DNA of 63,967 nucleotides, filler included, from Stramenopiles sp. TOSAG23-3 (Eukaryota), in assembly GCA_900128585.1 (NCBI GenBank). It is 11 parts of 11 records of this genome, joined end to end, with 100 filler letters (N's around TTAATTAATTAA, not from the genome) between each part and the next. Parts side by side here need not be neighbours in the genome. Positions count along the whole stretch, not along the records: positions 5,845 to 11,584 come from LT643443.1; positions 11,685 to 17,423 come from LT643444.1; positions 17,524 to 23,259 come from LT643445.1; 8 more parts are not named here. One strand, written 5' to 3'. The notes below the pieces were generated by a model, which did not search any database, had not been told where the DNA came from, and saw nothing but the letters and a program-made list of their open reading frames with translations. Positions 9,559 through 20,500 of the stretch are shown piece by piece. How positions within the stretch are numbered: position 1 is the first letter of the stretch; every line of letters begins with the position of its first letter. Made by a program: the position numbers and the translations under genes.

Positions 9559-11394
9559 ATGGGAAACAAAGCCGTGTTGTCAACCTCGCATGGAGGGTGC
9601 CTCACACCCGTAGAGCTCGAAACCTGTGGGGTAACAGAAAGCGGTGAGTTGACGCTCGAAGAAGCCGCGGCAAAATACAAGATGCCAGCGGCAGTATGGA
9701 CCCGTCCTGCAACTGCTCATGGGACGTTTCTGCGCATAATAACTGTCAACGATGTGTACAAGCTGGAAAATTACCCGAACGTAGCGACGGCAGTTTTTGC
9801 CGCGCGTGCGGCTTCGAAACTCTTGGACGGTGTGGTTATTTCAACCTTACCGGGTGACTTTTTGTCCCCTTGCACGTTGACATCTTTGGATGGTGGCCGG
9901 GCCATGATGAAAGCCTTAAATATTGCGCAGATTGACTTTGCGTGTTTGGGAAATCATGAATTTGATTTGGGGTTTGCGGGGCTGGAGTCGATCCTTCAAA
10001 CGTCGTCCACAACGAAGATTATAAACAGCAATGTAGACGATAAGGAACTGCAAGCGTTACCGAAATACGTAAAATTTCTCGTCGGAAAACGCTCTTGTGT
10101 CCTCGGAGGATTCTTGACCGACGACACCTCCATTTACCCGCCTTCGACGAAGCCAAGCGTGCGCCCCGTCATTGTGTCGTGCGCGGAGTGCTGGGAAGCT
10201 GCGAAGGTGTCGGAGCCGCACGCGGGCAAGACACCAGATCTTTTTGTTCCCATGACGCACCAATTGACAAAACTGGACCGTGAAACGGGGGTAGCCCTGG
10301 CAAAGCACGATGAGCTGAAATCACGCACTCCCGTTGTCCTGGCCGCTCACGACCACGAAGTGTTTATAGAGGAGGCGGGAAATTCTGTCGTCGTAAAAGT
10401 AGGAGCAGACGCGTCGAATATAGGAATTATTGACATATGGTGGAATCAAGAGGAGGAGTTGAAATCGTCAGTGACGATGCTGCCAGCCAGCGAGTTCCCG
10501 CAGAGTGCACCGGTCGCCAGCTTTGTGGAGGAGCAGCGCGTATTTTTGGAAAAAATGATGGACGTGCCGATTGCTTCCCTGCCTGCCGAGGGCTTGTTGT
10601 CTTCGAAAAAGGTCCGTTTCGAAGAGTCCGCAATAGCGACGTTTCTTCTCTCGTTCGTAAAGCGAGGGCTGGCCCAAAATCAGGTCGAAGTTGCCATGAT
10701 TCAAGGCGGCGCTGTGCGCGCTGGGAAAATTTACAACAATAGCGAAAAGTTCCTGATGGGGGATCTCTTCCAAGAATTTGCCTTCGATTGCCACCAGGCT
10801 ATCATAAAAGTTCCTGGGCACATTATCGCCGCATCGATTCAGTCGACAAGATCTGCCCCGAAACCTGCAGCAAACTTTCTGCATTTGGACGACGGATGCA
10901 AAGTCCAGTTCATCCCTGGCACAAACACCCACACGGTGACACACCTGGATGGAAAGCCGATCGACCCCAACAAATTGTACAGTGTCGCGATTTACCAATT
11001 TCTTTTGACCGGCTTGAACGTCATCGAGCCGCTCCTTTCCTATGTCAAAGCGAACGTTGAGATTCCCGACCAAGAGGCCTGCCGCCCCGTGAAAGACATC
11101 GTCATGGAGTGTTGCATGAAAGACGCATGGCGACAGGTCGTAGGACTAGAGAAATGGGACGGGCTGCACACCAATGCGCGCAAGAAAGAAGAGTTTCAGC
11201 AGGCAATTCGCCTTGTCTTTGACGAGATCGATACAAGCAACGATGGATTTATCCACCCGGATGAATTGGAAAAGTACGTCGAGGAAAAACAGAATATTCA
11301 CAACCATGGTTTAATTGTCCAAATGATGAAAACTTTGGATGAAAATGGGGATGGAAAAATTAGTTTAGATGAACTTTCCCATATTGCCATATGA
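9559..11394 (+). CDS. 5'-nucleotidase-family metallophosphoesterase with C-terminal EF-hand pair
   Basis: NDVY, PGDFLSP, LGNHEFD, MTHQ, AHDH, QGGAVR; EF loops DTSNDGFIHPDE and DENGDGKISLDE. Confidence 0.88.
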   Translation: MGNKAVLSTSHGGCLTPVELETCGVTESGELTLEEAAAKYKMPAAVWTRPATAHGTFLRIITVNDVYKLENYPNVATAVFAARAASKLLDGVVISTLPGDFLSPCTLTSLDGGRAMMKALNIAQIDFACLGNHEFDLGFAGLESILQTSSTTKIINSNVDDKELQALPKYVKFLVGKRSCVLGGFLTDDTSIYPPSTKPSVRPVIVSCAECWEAAKVSEPHAGKTPDLFVPMTHQLTKLDRETGVALAKHDELKSRTPVVLAAHDHEVFIEEAGNSVVVKVGADASNIGIIDIWWNQEEELKSSVTMLPASEFPQSAPVASFVEEQRVFLEKMMDVPIASLPAEGLLSSKKVRFEESAIATFLLSFVKRGLAQNQVEVAMIQGGAVRAGKIYNNSEKFLMGDLFQEFAFDCHQAIIKVPGHIIAASIQSTRSAPKPAANFLHLDDGCKVQFIPGTNTHTVTHLDGKPIDPNKLYSVAIYQFLLTGLNVIEPLLSYVKANVEIPDQEACRPVKDIVMECCMKDAWRQVVGLEKWDGLHTNARKKEEFQQAIRLVFDEIDTSNDGFIHPDELEKYVEEKQNIHNHGLIVQMMKTLDENGDGKISLDELSHIAI

Positions 11395-11584
11395 TGAGTT
11401 GGGATGTTCGGATCTTCTTGCCTCTAATTATTTGTTTATTATTTTATTAGTCGTCGTCTATGTTATATAAATGTCCTTAAAATCATCGAAACCTAACACA
11501 TCTCTTCTTTTATTAAAAATTAAAAAAAAGAAACAAAACAACACACAATGAAAAATTAAATATTTCAAAAAAAACTTTTTTAAT

Positions 11585-11684
11585 NNNNNNNNNNNNNNNN
11601 NNNNNNNNNNNNNNNNNNNNNNNNNNNNTTAATTAATTAANNNNNNNNNNNNNNNNNNNNNNNNNNNNNNNNNNNNNNNNNNNN
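11585..11684. other. Artificial contig spacer
   Basis: N44-TTAATTAATTAA-N44. Confidence 0.99.
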
Positions 11685-14051
11685 TTCTTCTTCTGCTGAA
11701 GCGCAAGTTAAAAATGATTTTAATAGAGAGCTAACAATACAACACAATGTACCTGCACCGTACAGCATGCGGTTGTGCGCGAACACCTTGCGAACTACAG
11801 GTATCACACCGTCAGTGAAATCGAATTTGTCGAGGCTTAACGGGGAATTGACGCGTTTCGGCGCACCCTTATGAACGTGCCCCATGGCACCAAACCAAGG
11901 CTTCTTTTCTACCTTCTTCTTCTTCCTTTTACCTTTTGTAGGAGTGCTGGAGTAGGAGTTTGGAACAGGACCATCGTACACAATGTGCGACATTGTAGTT
12001 GCACTTTTAACTCCATTTTCAGTTCGAAAATTGCGATGGCCATGCAAAGCGTCCACAAACTCAGAGTAGGATATCTTGTCGTCGTGGTTGCGGTCAAAGT
12101 GCATGTGTTCAATCATTTTCAGGATTTCATCATTCGCCAGCCCTAGACCGAGTCGACTTAGGCCTTCTTGGATTTCGTCCTCCGTCAAATACCCATGACC
12201 AGATCGATCAAGGCTCTCAAACAGTGTACGAGTGTTTTCTATTGTGTGCCCATAAAGCTGTCGCTTGTGCTCAATTGCCATACGCACTACGTGAAAAACA
12301 TTGTGCTCCCAGTCTTCCACAGTCCTGGATGGCAGCGTGGGAGATGAACTTCTGGGGGACAAACTGTTTCGTCGCAGTGAACTGGGGGAACGAGAACGGG
12401 GGACTATGTGGGACGGAATGGCCGTGCTCTTCGCCACCTTAATGACCGGGTTTCGTGCACCGACATGAATTGCTGCTGACAACTCTTCCGGTTGTATCAT
12501 CCCATCACCGTTATCATCGATTTCTTCGATCAAAACCGCTATCTGCTTGTCACTTAAATTCAGCCCAATTTTCTTCATCCCCCTTTTTAAATCCAGTGCT
12601 GACAAATAACCCTTCCTTTGACGGTCCATTTGTTCAAACAATTTCATCGTGTGGTCTTCAGATTCACCGTACAAAAGGCGATTGTGGGCAAAAACTTTCC
12701 TGACTACCGGAATTATCCCATTAGAAAAATCCAGGGCCTCCATCGACAGCGGGGTGTTAACGTGCCTCTCTGACTTTATGGCCTTTGGTTTTGCACCGCT
12801 TGGTGTCCACGCCTTTTTGGGGGCTTTATCGTCATACCGGAGGGCGCCCCCGCGCTTCTTCGTAGACTTCGGTCTGCCGTTGGACAAGGTCTGGTTCAAA
12901 ATGCTCGAGCGCGGGGATGGGACACGAACTGACGGATGATTTTGTTGGTCTCGTTGCTCAAAACTTTCAAAGTGCAAATCGTGCAGCTGCACGTCCAGCA
13001 ATCGCACGCACGCACAGCGGATTCCGAGAGCAGGGCAGTAGGACTTTAGTATGTTTCTAGTTCTCTGGACACTATCCTCGTTTGCAGGGACTGTGATCAA
13101 CAAGTACGACTTGCAGTTTCCAGCCACCAGAGGAGCCACAAGTTTATTTAACAGGGTTTCTCTCGAGGATGTCAATACACCACTCCCACGGGTGGCATCA
13201 TGGACCGAACTCTTCTTGTGGCTGCAGAGCTCGTGAACAAGACGCTTCATGGACAGCGATTGCTTCGAGACTGTGCGGTAGGCATGATCCGACTTCTTGA
13301 AAGCAACGGGGCTGTCTCCAATACAGTCCACGATATGCAGCGTACTGGCGCGCATGTCCAGGCTGTTGTGAAGGACGATCCTGATAAACCCGTGCGCACG
13401 GTTTGGAAGTGTCGATGGTTCCGTGTCGTTCTCGGAATGCCAGTTGACGCTCCTTTTCCGCGATTCACGCAAAACGTCTATTGCAACCTTTAAATCAGGG
13501 GTATGGATGGTTGAAAAGTCAAATTGGGAATGGTTTTTGGACGATATTGGGGGCTTATTATCTGACGACAACAAATCGATGAGTTGGTTTCCTCTTATTT
13601 CCCAGGCAGACAGGGCTATCGATATCGCCGTTGGATCTTCATACGTTTGCCGTCGGTGAAAAAGGGACGCGAGAATCATTCCAGAGAGTCCGCAATTGTT
13701 TCCTACCAATGTGAAACTTTTACCAGAACCACTCTCCCCATTCGCTATGACCGATGCATTAAACCCATCCCACACCCACTCAACACAAGGTGCTCCAATG
13801 GAGTCAAACACGTCGTCTTCGGTTGCCCTTTCGTCCAGCGCTACGGACGTCTCGAACAGGGAGTCTGTTGCTTCGTCTTGCACGACAACCAATTTCTTAT
13901 TTCGAATGTGCACCGATTTATTGCCGTCCTTTGCGGTGTTCGGAGCGACTCGCACGACGACATCAATTTCTCCAACCCGTGCATCGCCTCCACCAAGTCG
14001 CTCAAGCTCCTCGGTCAACAGCACCAGGTCGTCCGGCACCGCTGCATACAT
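11685..14051 (-). CDS. Divergent kinesin motor-like domain plus repeated EF-hand modules, 3'-truncated
   Basis: VVVRVAP, DGFNASVIANGESGSGKSFTL (P-loop), LSAWEIRGNQLIDLL, LVAPLVAGNCKS; EF-hands such as DDNGDGMIQPEE and DRNHDDKISYSE. Confidence 0.8.
11694..11763 (-). repeat. 70-bp perfect inverted copy of 16108-16177
   Basis: Reverse complement is GTACGGTGCAGGTACATTG...TTGCGCTTCAGCA, identical to 16108-16177. Confidence 0.95.
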
Positions 14052-14647
14052 AATATCCCTTCCTCCCGTAAGTCTGTTTCGTATTTGGACGTCTTCCCGG
14101 CCAAATATTACAACCTACGTCAAGTCACAGAATACTTCCCTTCTTTCAATTCTCCTCCCATTCCTCGTACCCTTCGTTAATTTATATTCATTCATCAACA
14201 ATCGATGACGAAGAAACAACCGAACTGGCCTAATTAATATTTTAAGAAGAGTGTGACAATTTGAAATTATTAAAATTAGACGATTATTTATTTTATTATT
14301 ATTATTTAAAAAAAAAAAAAATATAAAAAAAAAAACAACACAACAACAAACAACAACAAACAAAAAACAAAAAAATCTTCATCATCTTCTCATTATTTAT
14401 TATTATTATTATATTTCTTCTCATTATTACATTACTTATTCATCACAACATCTTCAACAAAATAAACCTAAATTCAACCCTAACTAGAACATCACTGTAC
14501 CAGAGCAACAGACACAGGTTTGAACTACAGTTCTTCAGTTTCTTGTTCCTCTTTCCTTCGTACCCGTGCGTATTTATATTATACCCTACCAGGTACGGTT
14601 TCAAAAACCGTTTTTGTATTATATGCGCAAGTTACAAAATGATTGGG

Positions 14648-15778
14648 TCACTGTTCTTGTGTCACCGCATCTATTTTATCCACCAACCGCCCAATATCTT
14701 TGTGCGTTATTCTGCAACACCCCCCAACAATGTTCGCCCCGTTTCGGATCCATTCTAAGCATGCATCTTCAAATGAGTGATCATGCAACGTATCGCCGTC
14801 GTCGCGCCATTGCTCTTCTTCTCCATCGTCCAATTTTCGTGCAATGTACCGTTCGCCGCTGTTTGGATACACTACTACCACTTTGTCACTGCAGTTGTTC
14901 TCACTTAGCGTTTTGTTTATTATATCTAGTAACGGAAGCACCAGAGCAGGCGCAGAGCAATTAATTCCCAAAGCGGTCACGTATTGACACTTGCATATTA
15001 CTTCAACGCACGATTTCAGAGAATCCCCAGAATCAACTGTGTCACCAGTTGGACAAGTGAAGGTGATCCACGTATCGATGTTATCAAGCAAGGAGGATTT
15101 CTGTCCCAGAACATTGCATATGGCTTGGCACTCCATTTTGTCTCCACAAGTTTCAAACGCAAAGCAGACAGAATCGTTGTGGTTATTGCCGTAGGTTCTT
15201 ACACGGGAAATAATCTCATCTGACAACCGCATGTTAAAATAATTTTCAATAGAGCTTAGCGATGCACCGAACCCTTTTTTATTATAGATGCCCTCATTCT
15301 TTTCGTCGTATATGCGATTGGTCGTTTCGGTGCGCCCAGGAATCGTAATTCCAAATGTGGCAATAGACACTGCTAATATGGGCCTTTTTTCTGCCTGTGT
15401 TGATTCCTTGTTCATGAATTCCTCAATGCACTCGTTTGCCAAATCGATACCTGCCACTGTCCACTTTGTAACGTGGCCCGCGTAGTCATAGTCACTATCT
15501 TTGGTCCGGGACAAATCGTTGTTGACCACCATCATCACAGACTCCGGGTACACACGGTATGTATTAGCTGTTAAAATATCAACCCCACTATTCAAAAATT
15601 GCAAGTGTGCTGTTTTAGTGGCATCATAGATGTGACTTTCATCGAGTCTCCACCCAGCCGTCCACGCTTCCGTTTCCGTGAGACCAGCTTGACTGAGGGT
15701 CGTACCCATCGCTCCATCGAGAACCAGGCACGACTTGCCACTTTTTATTGTACGGTTGCAAAACTTTTTTGTTGCCAT
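14648..15778 (-). CDS. Homocysteine S-methyltransferase family protein
   Basis: LVLDGAMGT, AFET, GINC, VYPNSGE and GGCC Zn-binding motifs. Confidence 0.92.
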   Translation of the reverse strand: MATKKFCNRTIKSGKSCLVLDGAMGTTLSQAGLTETEAWTAGWRLDESHIYDATKTAHLQFLNSGVDILTANTYRVYPESVMMVVNNDLSRTKDSDYDYAGHVTKWTVAGIDLANECIEEFMNKESTQAEKRPILAVSIATFGITIPGRTETTNRIYDEKNEGIYNKKGFGASLSSIENYFNMRLSDEIISRVRTYGNNHNDSVCFAFETCGDKMECQAICNVLGQKSSLLDNIDTWITFTCPTGDTVDSGDSLKSCVEVICKCQYVTALGINCSAPALVLPLLDIINKTLSENNCSDKVVVVYPNSGERYIARKLDDGEEEQWRDDGDTLHDHSFEDACLEWIRNGANIVGGCCRITHKDIGRLVDKIDAVTQEQ

Positions 15779-16107
15779 TCTATTTTCACAAACGGAGGCG
15801 TGGTACTATTGTATTCCTTCTGCTTTGAAAAAGAAAAGCGATCAAGAGGCGTTAAATAGTTGTTTACTCTTCGTTTAGTAATAATGAATGTTTCTTTGAA
15901 TCTCAAAATTGGAGGACGACGTAATAAAAGAAGTACGAGGAGGAAGAAGAAGAATGAATCGGTATTAATATTTATACCCGTAATACGAGGTCGTACGGTA
16001 TAGGTATAAAAAAATACAGAAGAAGGAGGAGCAGAAAATAAAAAGAAAGAAAATTTAGTATTCCTTCTTGTTGTTTGTCGTCTTCTTAAAAGTAGTACGT
16101 ACCTGTA

Positions 16108-16177
16108 GTACGGTGCAGGTACATTGTGTTGTATTGTTAGCTCTCTATTAAAATCATTTTTAACTTGCGCTTCAGCA
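16108..16177 (+). repeat. Intergenic copy of the 70-bp inverted repeat
   Basis: Identical to the reverse complement of 11694-11763. Confidence 0.95.
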
Positions 16178-16401
16178 ATGAGTGTAGAGAGAAGAGAGGG
16201 TATATATACCTTGGTATAATAATGTAATAGTAGAAGAAGAGAAGAAGAAGAACAAACAACTGCAACACTTCTTGCTCATCATAAATTGGTTTTGCCAAAC
16301 GTTCTGTTTCGATTATGGAAAACCTTTGTAATATTTAAAATGCCAATCTCAGAAGAAATACCTGCGCCAACAGAAACACAGATATAGTGCAATTTATAAA
16401 C

Positions 16402-17423
16402 ATGGAAGATGGGGCAGAGCTGGACGATATGATGATCGTAACAGTCGTCGAAGATGAGGAACTCGAAAGCGCACAAAACCCAACGAAACCTCTTCTTGAA
16501 TTTGAAAGTCTGGAGGAGACCGTTTGGGAAAAATATTTTGATGAGCAGTACGAGACAGACTGTTACAAGAACATCTCTACGGGAAAAGTTTCTTGGGTAA
16601 GACCAGACGGTTATTCCACTCCACGCCAGGAGTCCAATAAAGACCATGAGAATAGCGTTGAGCGTACTTCGGAAGAGGGCACCATTTTTACTGCCCAAAT
16701 TCCCCGCTGGAGCGATGGTTACAAACCCACAGCTTCAATTTTGGGTGAATTGCCATCCACTTATGATTCCGAAGGCGAAGAAGACGAAACACCTGCTGCT
16801 GAACTAGAAAAAGAAGACGCGGCCGATGAGGGCAAGGTCGAAGAGAATTCGGAGGATGCAATTGACTATGTATTAAACGACATTATTGGTACGATTGAAG
16901 CAAGCGCCAGGGAAGTCGTGAACGAAGAGCGCGAACTTAAAATGCTTCAATCGATGAGCATCAAAGTCTGTGAACTGATGATAATTGCAGCAACCGAAGA
17001 AGTTGTACACCAAATAATGCTTGAGAGGAAACCGAAGAGTTTTGATGAAGAATTAGAAGCTATTAATATGGAGGCCGAGGATAGAAATTACTTCAAAGAA
17101 GCAGATTATGAAGCAAAGAGACAAGAACGGCTGAGACAAGCCCAGGAAGTTTTTGGTTTGACTGACAACGACGATTCGGCAGACGAGTTGATCGAGGTGG
17201 GCATTGAAGGAGGAGCTGTGATGGATCTGGGAAAAATGATCGAGTCTTCATTAGAAAAGAGCAGAAAAGAGGAAGAGCTGGCCAGGAAAAAGCGGGAAAG
17301 GGAAATGAAGCTGGCAGCAAAGCGGCGGAAAAACAAATTAGCAGAAAAAAAGAAAAAGTTTTGGGAAGAAGAATACGCAGAAGATGAGAACGCCAGGACC
17401 AACAAGCAGTTAGTTGATCGGTA
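16402..17423 (+). CDS. Acidic WW-domain / coiled-coil protein, 3'-truncated
   Basis: WEKYFDEQYETDCYKNISTGKVSWVRP is WW-like; the ORF runs into the spacer; start codon uncertain. Confidence 0.7.
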
Positions 17424-17523
17424 NNNNNNNNNNNNNNNNNNNNNNNNNNNNNNNNNNNNNNNNNNNNTTAATTAATTAANNNNNNNNNNNNNNNNNNNNN
17501 NNNNNNNNNNNNNNNNNNNNNNN
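17424..17523. other. Artificial contig spacer
   Basis: N44-TTAATTAATTAA-N44. Confidence 0.99.
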
Positions 17524-17525
17524 AT

Positions 17526-20500
17526 TTTTCTTACGTACTGAGCAACAAAATATCCCCGACGTGGTTCAACTTTTACAAAGTGCCGCAAAACGAGCTGCCG
17601 TGGTTCGGCAGGTCGCCCCGTGTAAATAAAGTTCAGCAGACAGAGTTCGCTGGTCGAGTCCTGATGAGCCTTGCGGCCGTCATAACGGAAACGCCAGAGC
17701 GCTCGGAGAAAGCGCAAAAACCCGTGCAACCCCCCCAAAGTTGCGAGTACATTCTGCACGTAGACGTGTACCAGACCAGTCCCCTGGTCGGAGTCGGGGG
17801 TTTTTTTTCGTGGGAGGACGTGAAGGTCGAAATGCTGTTTGGGCCACACAAAAGGAGAAGCGTGACTGGCAGAAGGAAGCTTGGGGCCGACGGGAAGTTG
17901 CAGGGCTACGAGTTCGCCGTGGAGGGACGGGACTCGGAAGGGGGCGAGAGGACGGAGTTTGGCAAGTGCCAGTTTAAGTCGGTGAGGTGTCAATTGCCGA
18001 GGGTAACGGAAAAGGACACTAAAATGCAGTGGGACCAGCTGTACGATGTGATTTTGAACGTGTACGACGGTGACTCAAACCGCATCGGTTTGGTACGGTT
18101 CGACGCCCAGTCGTTGATTCGCAAGACGGACACCCAAATGCTCTCAAAGCCGGAATGGCACCCGATCAGAGGGTTGGAGGAAGACGGGGCCGTCCGGACC
18201 CGGGGCTTCATCCTCTTCCACGCTGCCCTGCGGGCCCTGAAGAGGGGTGAAAGCTCGCCCCCAAGGCCGCAAATGGACTCCCCCGTCATGGCGAAGCACT
18301 ACGTTCGTGCCCACATCTACATGGCGAAAGAGTTGTCTGCGGTGAACAGCAACGGCCTCTCCTCCCCTTTCGTCCGCGTCAGCTTGGGCGGAACGCACCT
18401 GGGCCTTCTGGCCCCGCACAAGAGAGACGAAGAAGACCCGGAGAAGTGGAAGCCAACGACGCAAGAAAATGCAGAGCAAGCCGTCAAAATGCTCGAGCTA
18501 GAAGGTCGAAAGCAGACCTCCACTGTGGAGAACACGTTGAACCCTGTGTGGATGCAGACTTTGTACGCCGAGGTAGAGCTGCCAAAAATTGAAGGGGCAG
18601 ATGCCTCGATGAGCCTGTCCCTGGCCCCGGACGTCGTACTTACCGTCTACAACGAGGGTCAAAGCGAAGAGGAGTACATCGGCCGCTGCTCGTACCCTGC
18701 CGTATTGTGCGAAGAGGAACGCTGGGCGGGACAGAACCCATCGACGGGCAAAAAGGAACCGGTATGGCTGGAGCTGCGAAAAGACGATCTGTCTGGGACG
18801 TACGAAAAGCTGGTGGACAAGGAGGACGAAAAAACTGGTGCGTACGCCGGTGGTCGCAAATCGGAGGGGAAAATTTTGGTGTGGTTTGAAATTGTGGACG
18901 AGGACAAGTTCGACGTTGATGACGATGAGTTGGACGGAGGGCACGAGTGGCCGGAGTTGCAGTCCGCGCGAATACAGCTGGTTTCATTAGGGCTTCGAAA
19001 CCTGATCAAGCTCGGTGGTTACCCGGCAACCAACCCAGAGTTCGAGTTGATTGTTCCAAATTTTCCCGACCGGCGAAAGGAGAGGTCTCTGCGCCGGGAG
19101 CTGGAAGACCGCGAGGCAGAGACTACAGACGAGGAAGGAGACGATGACCACAGCAACGAATCCAGCGATGACGAGCACAGCGGGAACGGCTTGGGATCAA
19201 GCAGCGACGAAACGGACTCGGACGAAGAGGATAACCAAACCAAAGCAAAAATGCAGTATCACTTGGACCACCTCTTGGGAACCAAAATGGTGTGGTCGTC
19301 GAAAGATTTGAAAGAGAAGAGCAAACTTCCGAGCAATTCTAGCCCGTACCACTACACAGACATAGTTTTAGAAGTCAAAGCGCCACGCGACGCATTTTAC
19401 TGTGGTGCGTTAACCGTTCTGGTGAAAGAGGAAGGGATGTTTGGAGAGGAAATCATTGCAAGCCGGGATATTCCTCTTGCAAAGTACGCGGTGAATGAGA
19501 TGTACGACGCCGTCAATAAAGGAAGGGCAACTGTGGTTGTCGAAACCCGCGTAAAGGAGTTTTGGCACATGGAGACCGCTTTTCGCAAAGACAACGACGA
19601 CGAGGGCGACACGAAAGGTGGCGGAGGACCAGTTATACAGGAATTAGACGACGACGGCGACGACGAAGGGGGCGACGGCGCGGGACCACCCAGCGAAATT
19701 ACACCAGAAATTAGACTGGACGCCGACGACATAAACATGGTGTTTGAGAAGGAGCTGACTGCGTACAAAGAAGAAGGCGAATCTTCCTTGGAGGAATCCT
19801 CAGATGGTGGTAGGGAAGAGTCTGTGTTTTGGCCAGGTGACTTCGACGACGAAGGCGATAACCTTGGGAGGCAAAATTTTAGCAATGCCTTAGAAGACGT
19901 CAATTTCTTGCACCCTGTTTATGGAACGTGGGAGCTGTATGCTGGAAACAACCAAAATGAAACGGGTAGGGGAAAAAATGTCTCAAATCGGACGGTCGGA
20001 AAACTGAAAGGAGTGCTGAAAATGTGGTCTGCCAGCAACCCGTTCTACACCGACTCGAGTGGGCAACACCATGCGTATGCAACCATGCCCAAAGCACCAG
20101 ATTGGTTCAACTGTCTCGAGTCAAAAGCCAACGGGAAAGAGCGGAACCCGAAAAATGTTTGGTTGGCAGACATGGACGCTAGAAAAGTAGGGGAGAACGA
20201 CGGCACCACTGAAATAGTCAAGGTTCGAATTTATGTATTGAATGCGTACAATTTGGCCCCGTTGGCCAGCGGTAATTCCTCCAACCCATTCATTGCTGTG
20301 CAAATGCACGATCGGGGGGAGGTCGATCGAATCATGGCCTCTGGGTTCGAGGGGCATTTCGATTTCTCCGATGATAACAATTATAAACCAAACACTCTCA
20401 ACCCAGAATTTAATTGGTGGCACGAACTGGATGGGATTCTCCCGTCCATTACAACCCTTGAAGTAGCCCTGTACGACCACGGTTACATCACCGACACTTT

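Noticed and set aside
16340-16387. Short ORF MPISEEIPAPTETQI upstream of the WW protein as a frameshifted true start
   Set aside because: A CA slip could join it, but there is no independent support and ATG 16402 suffices.
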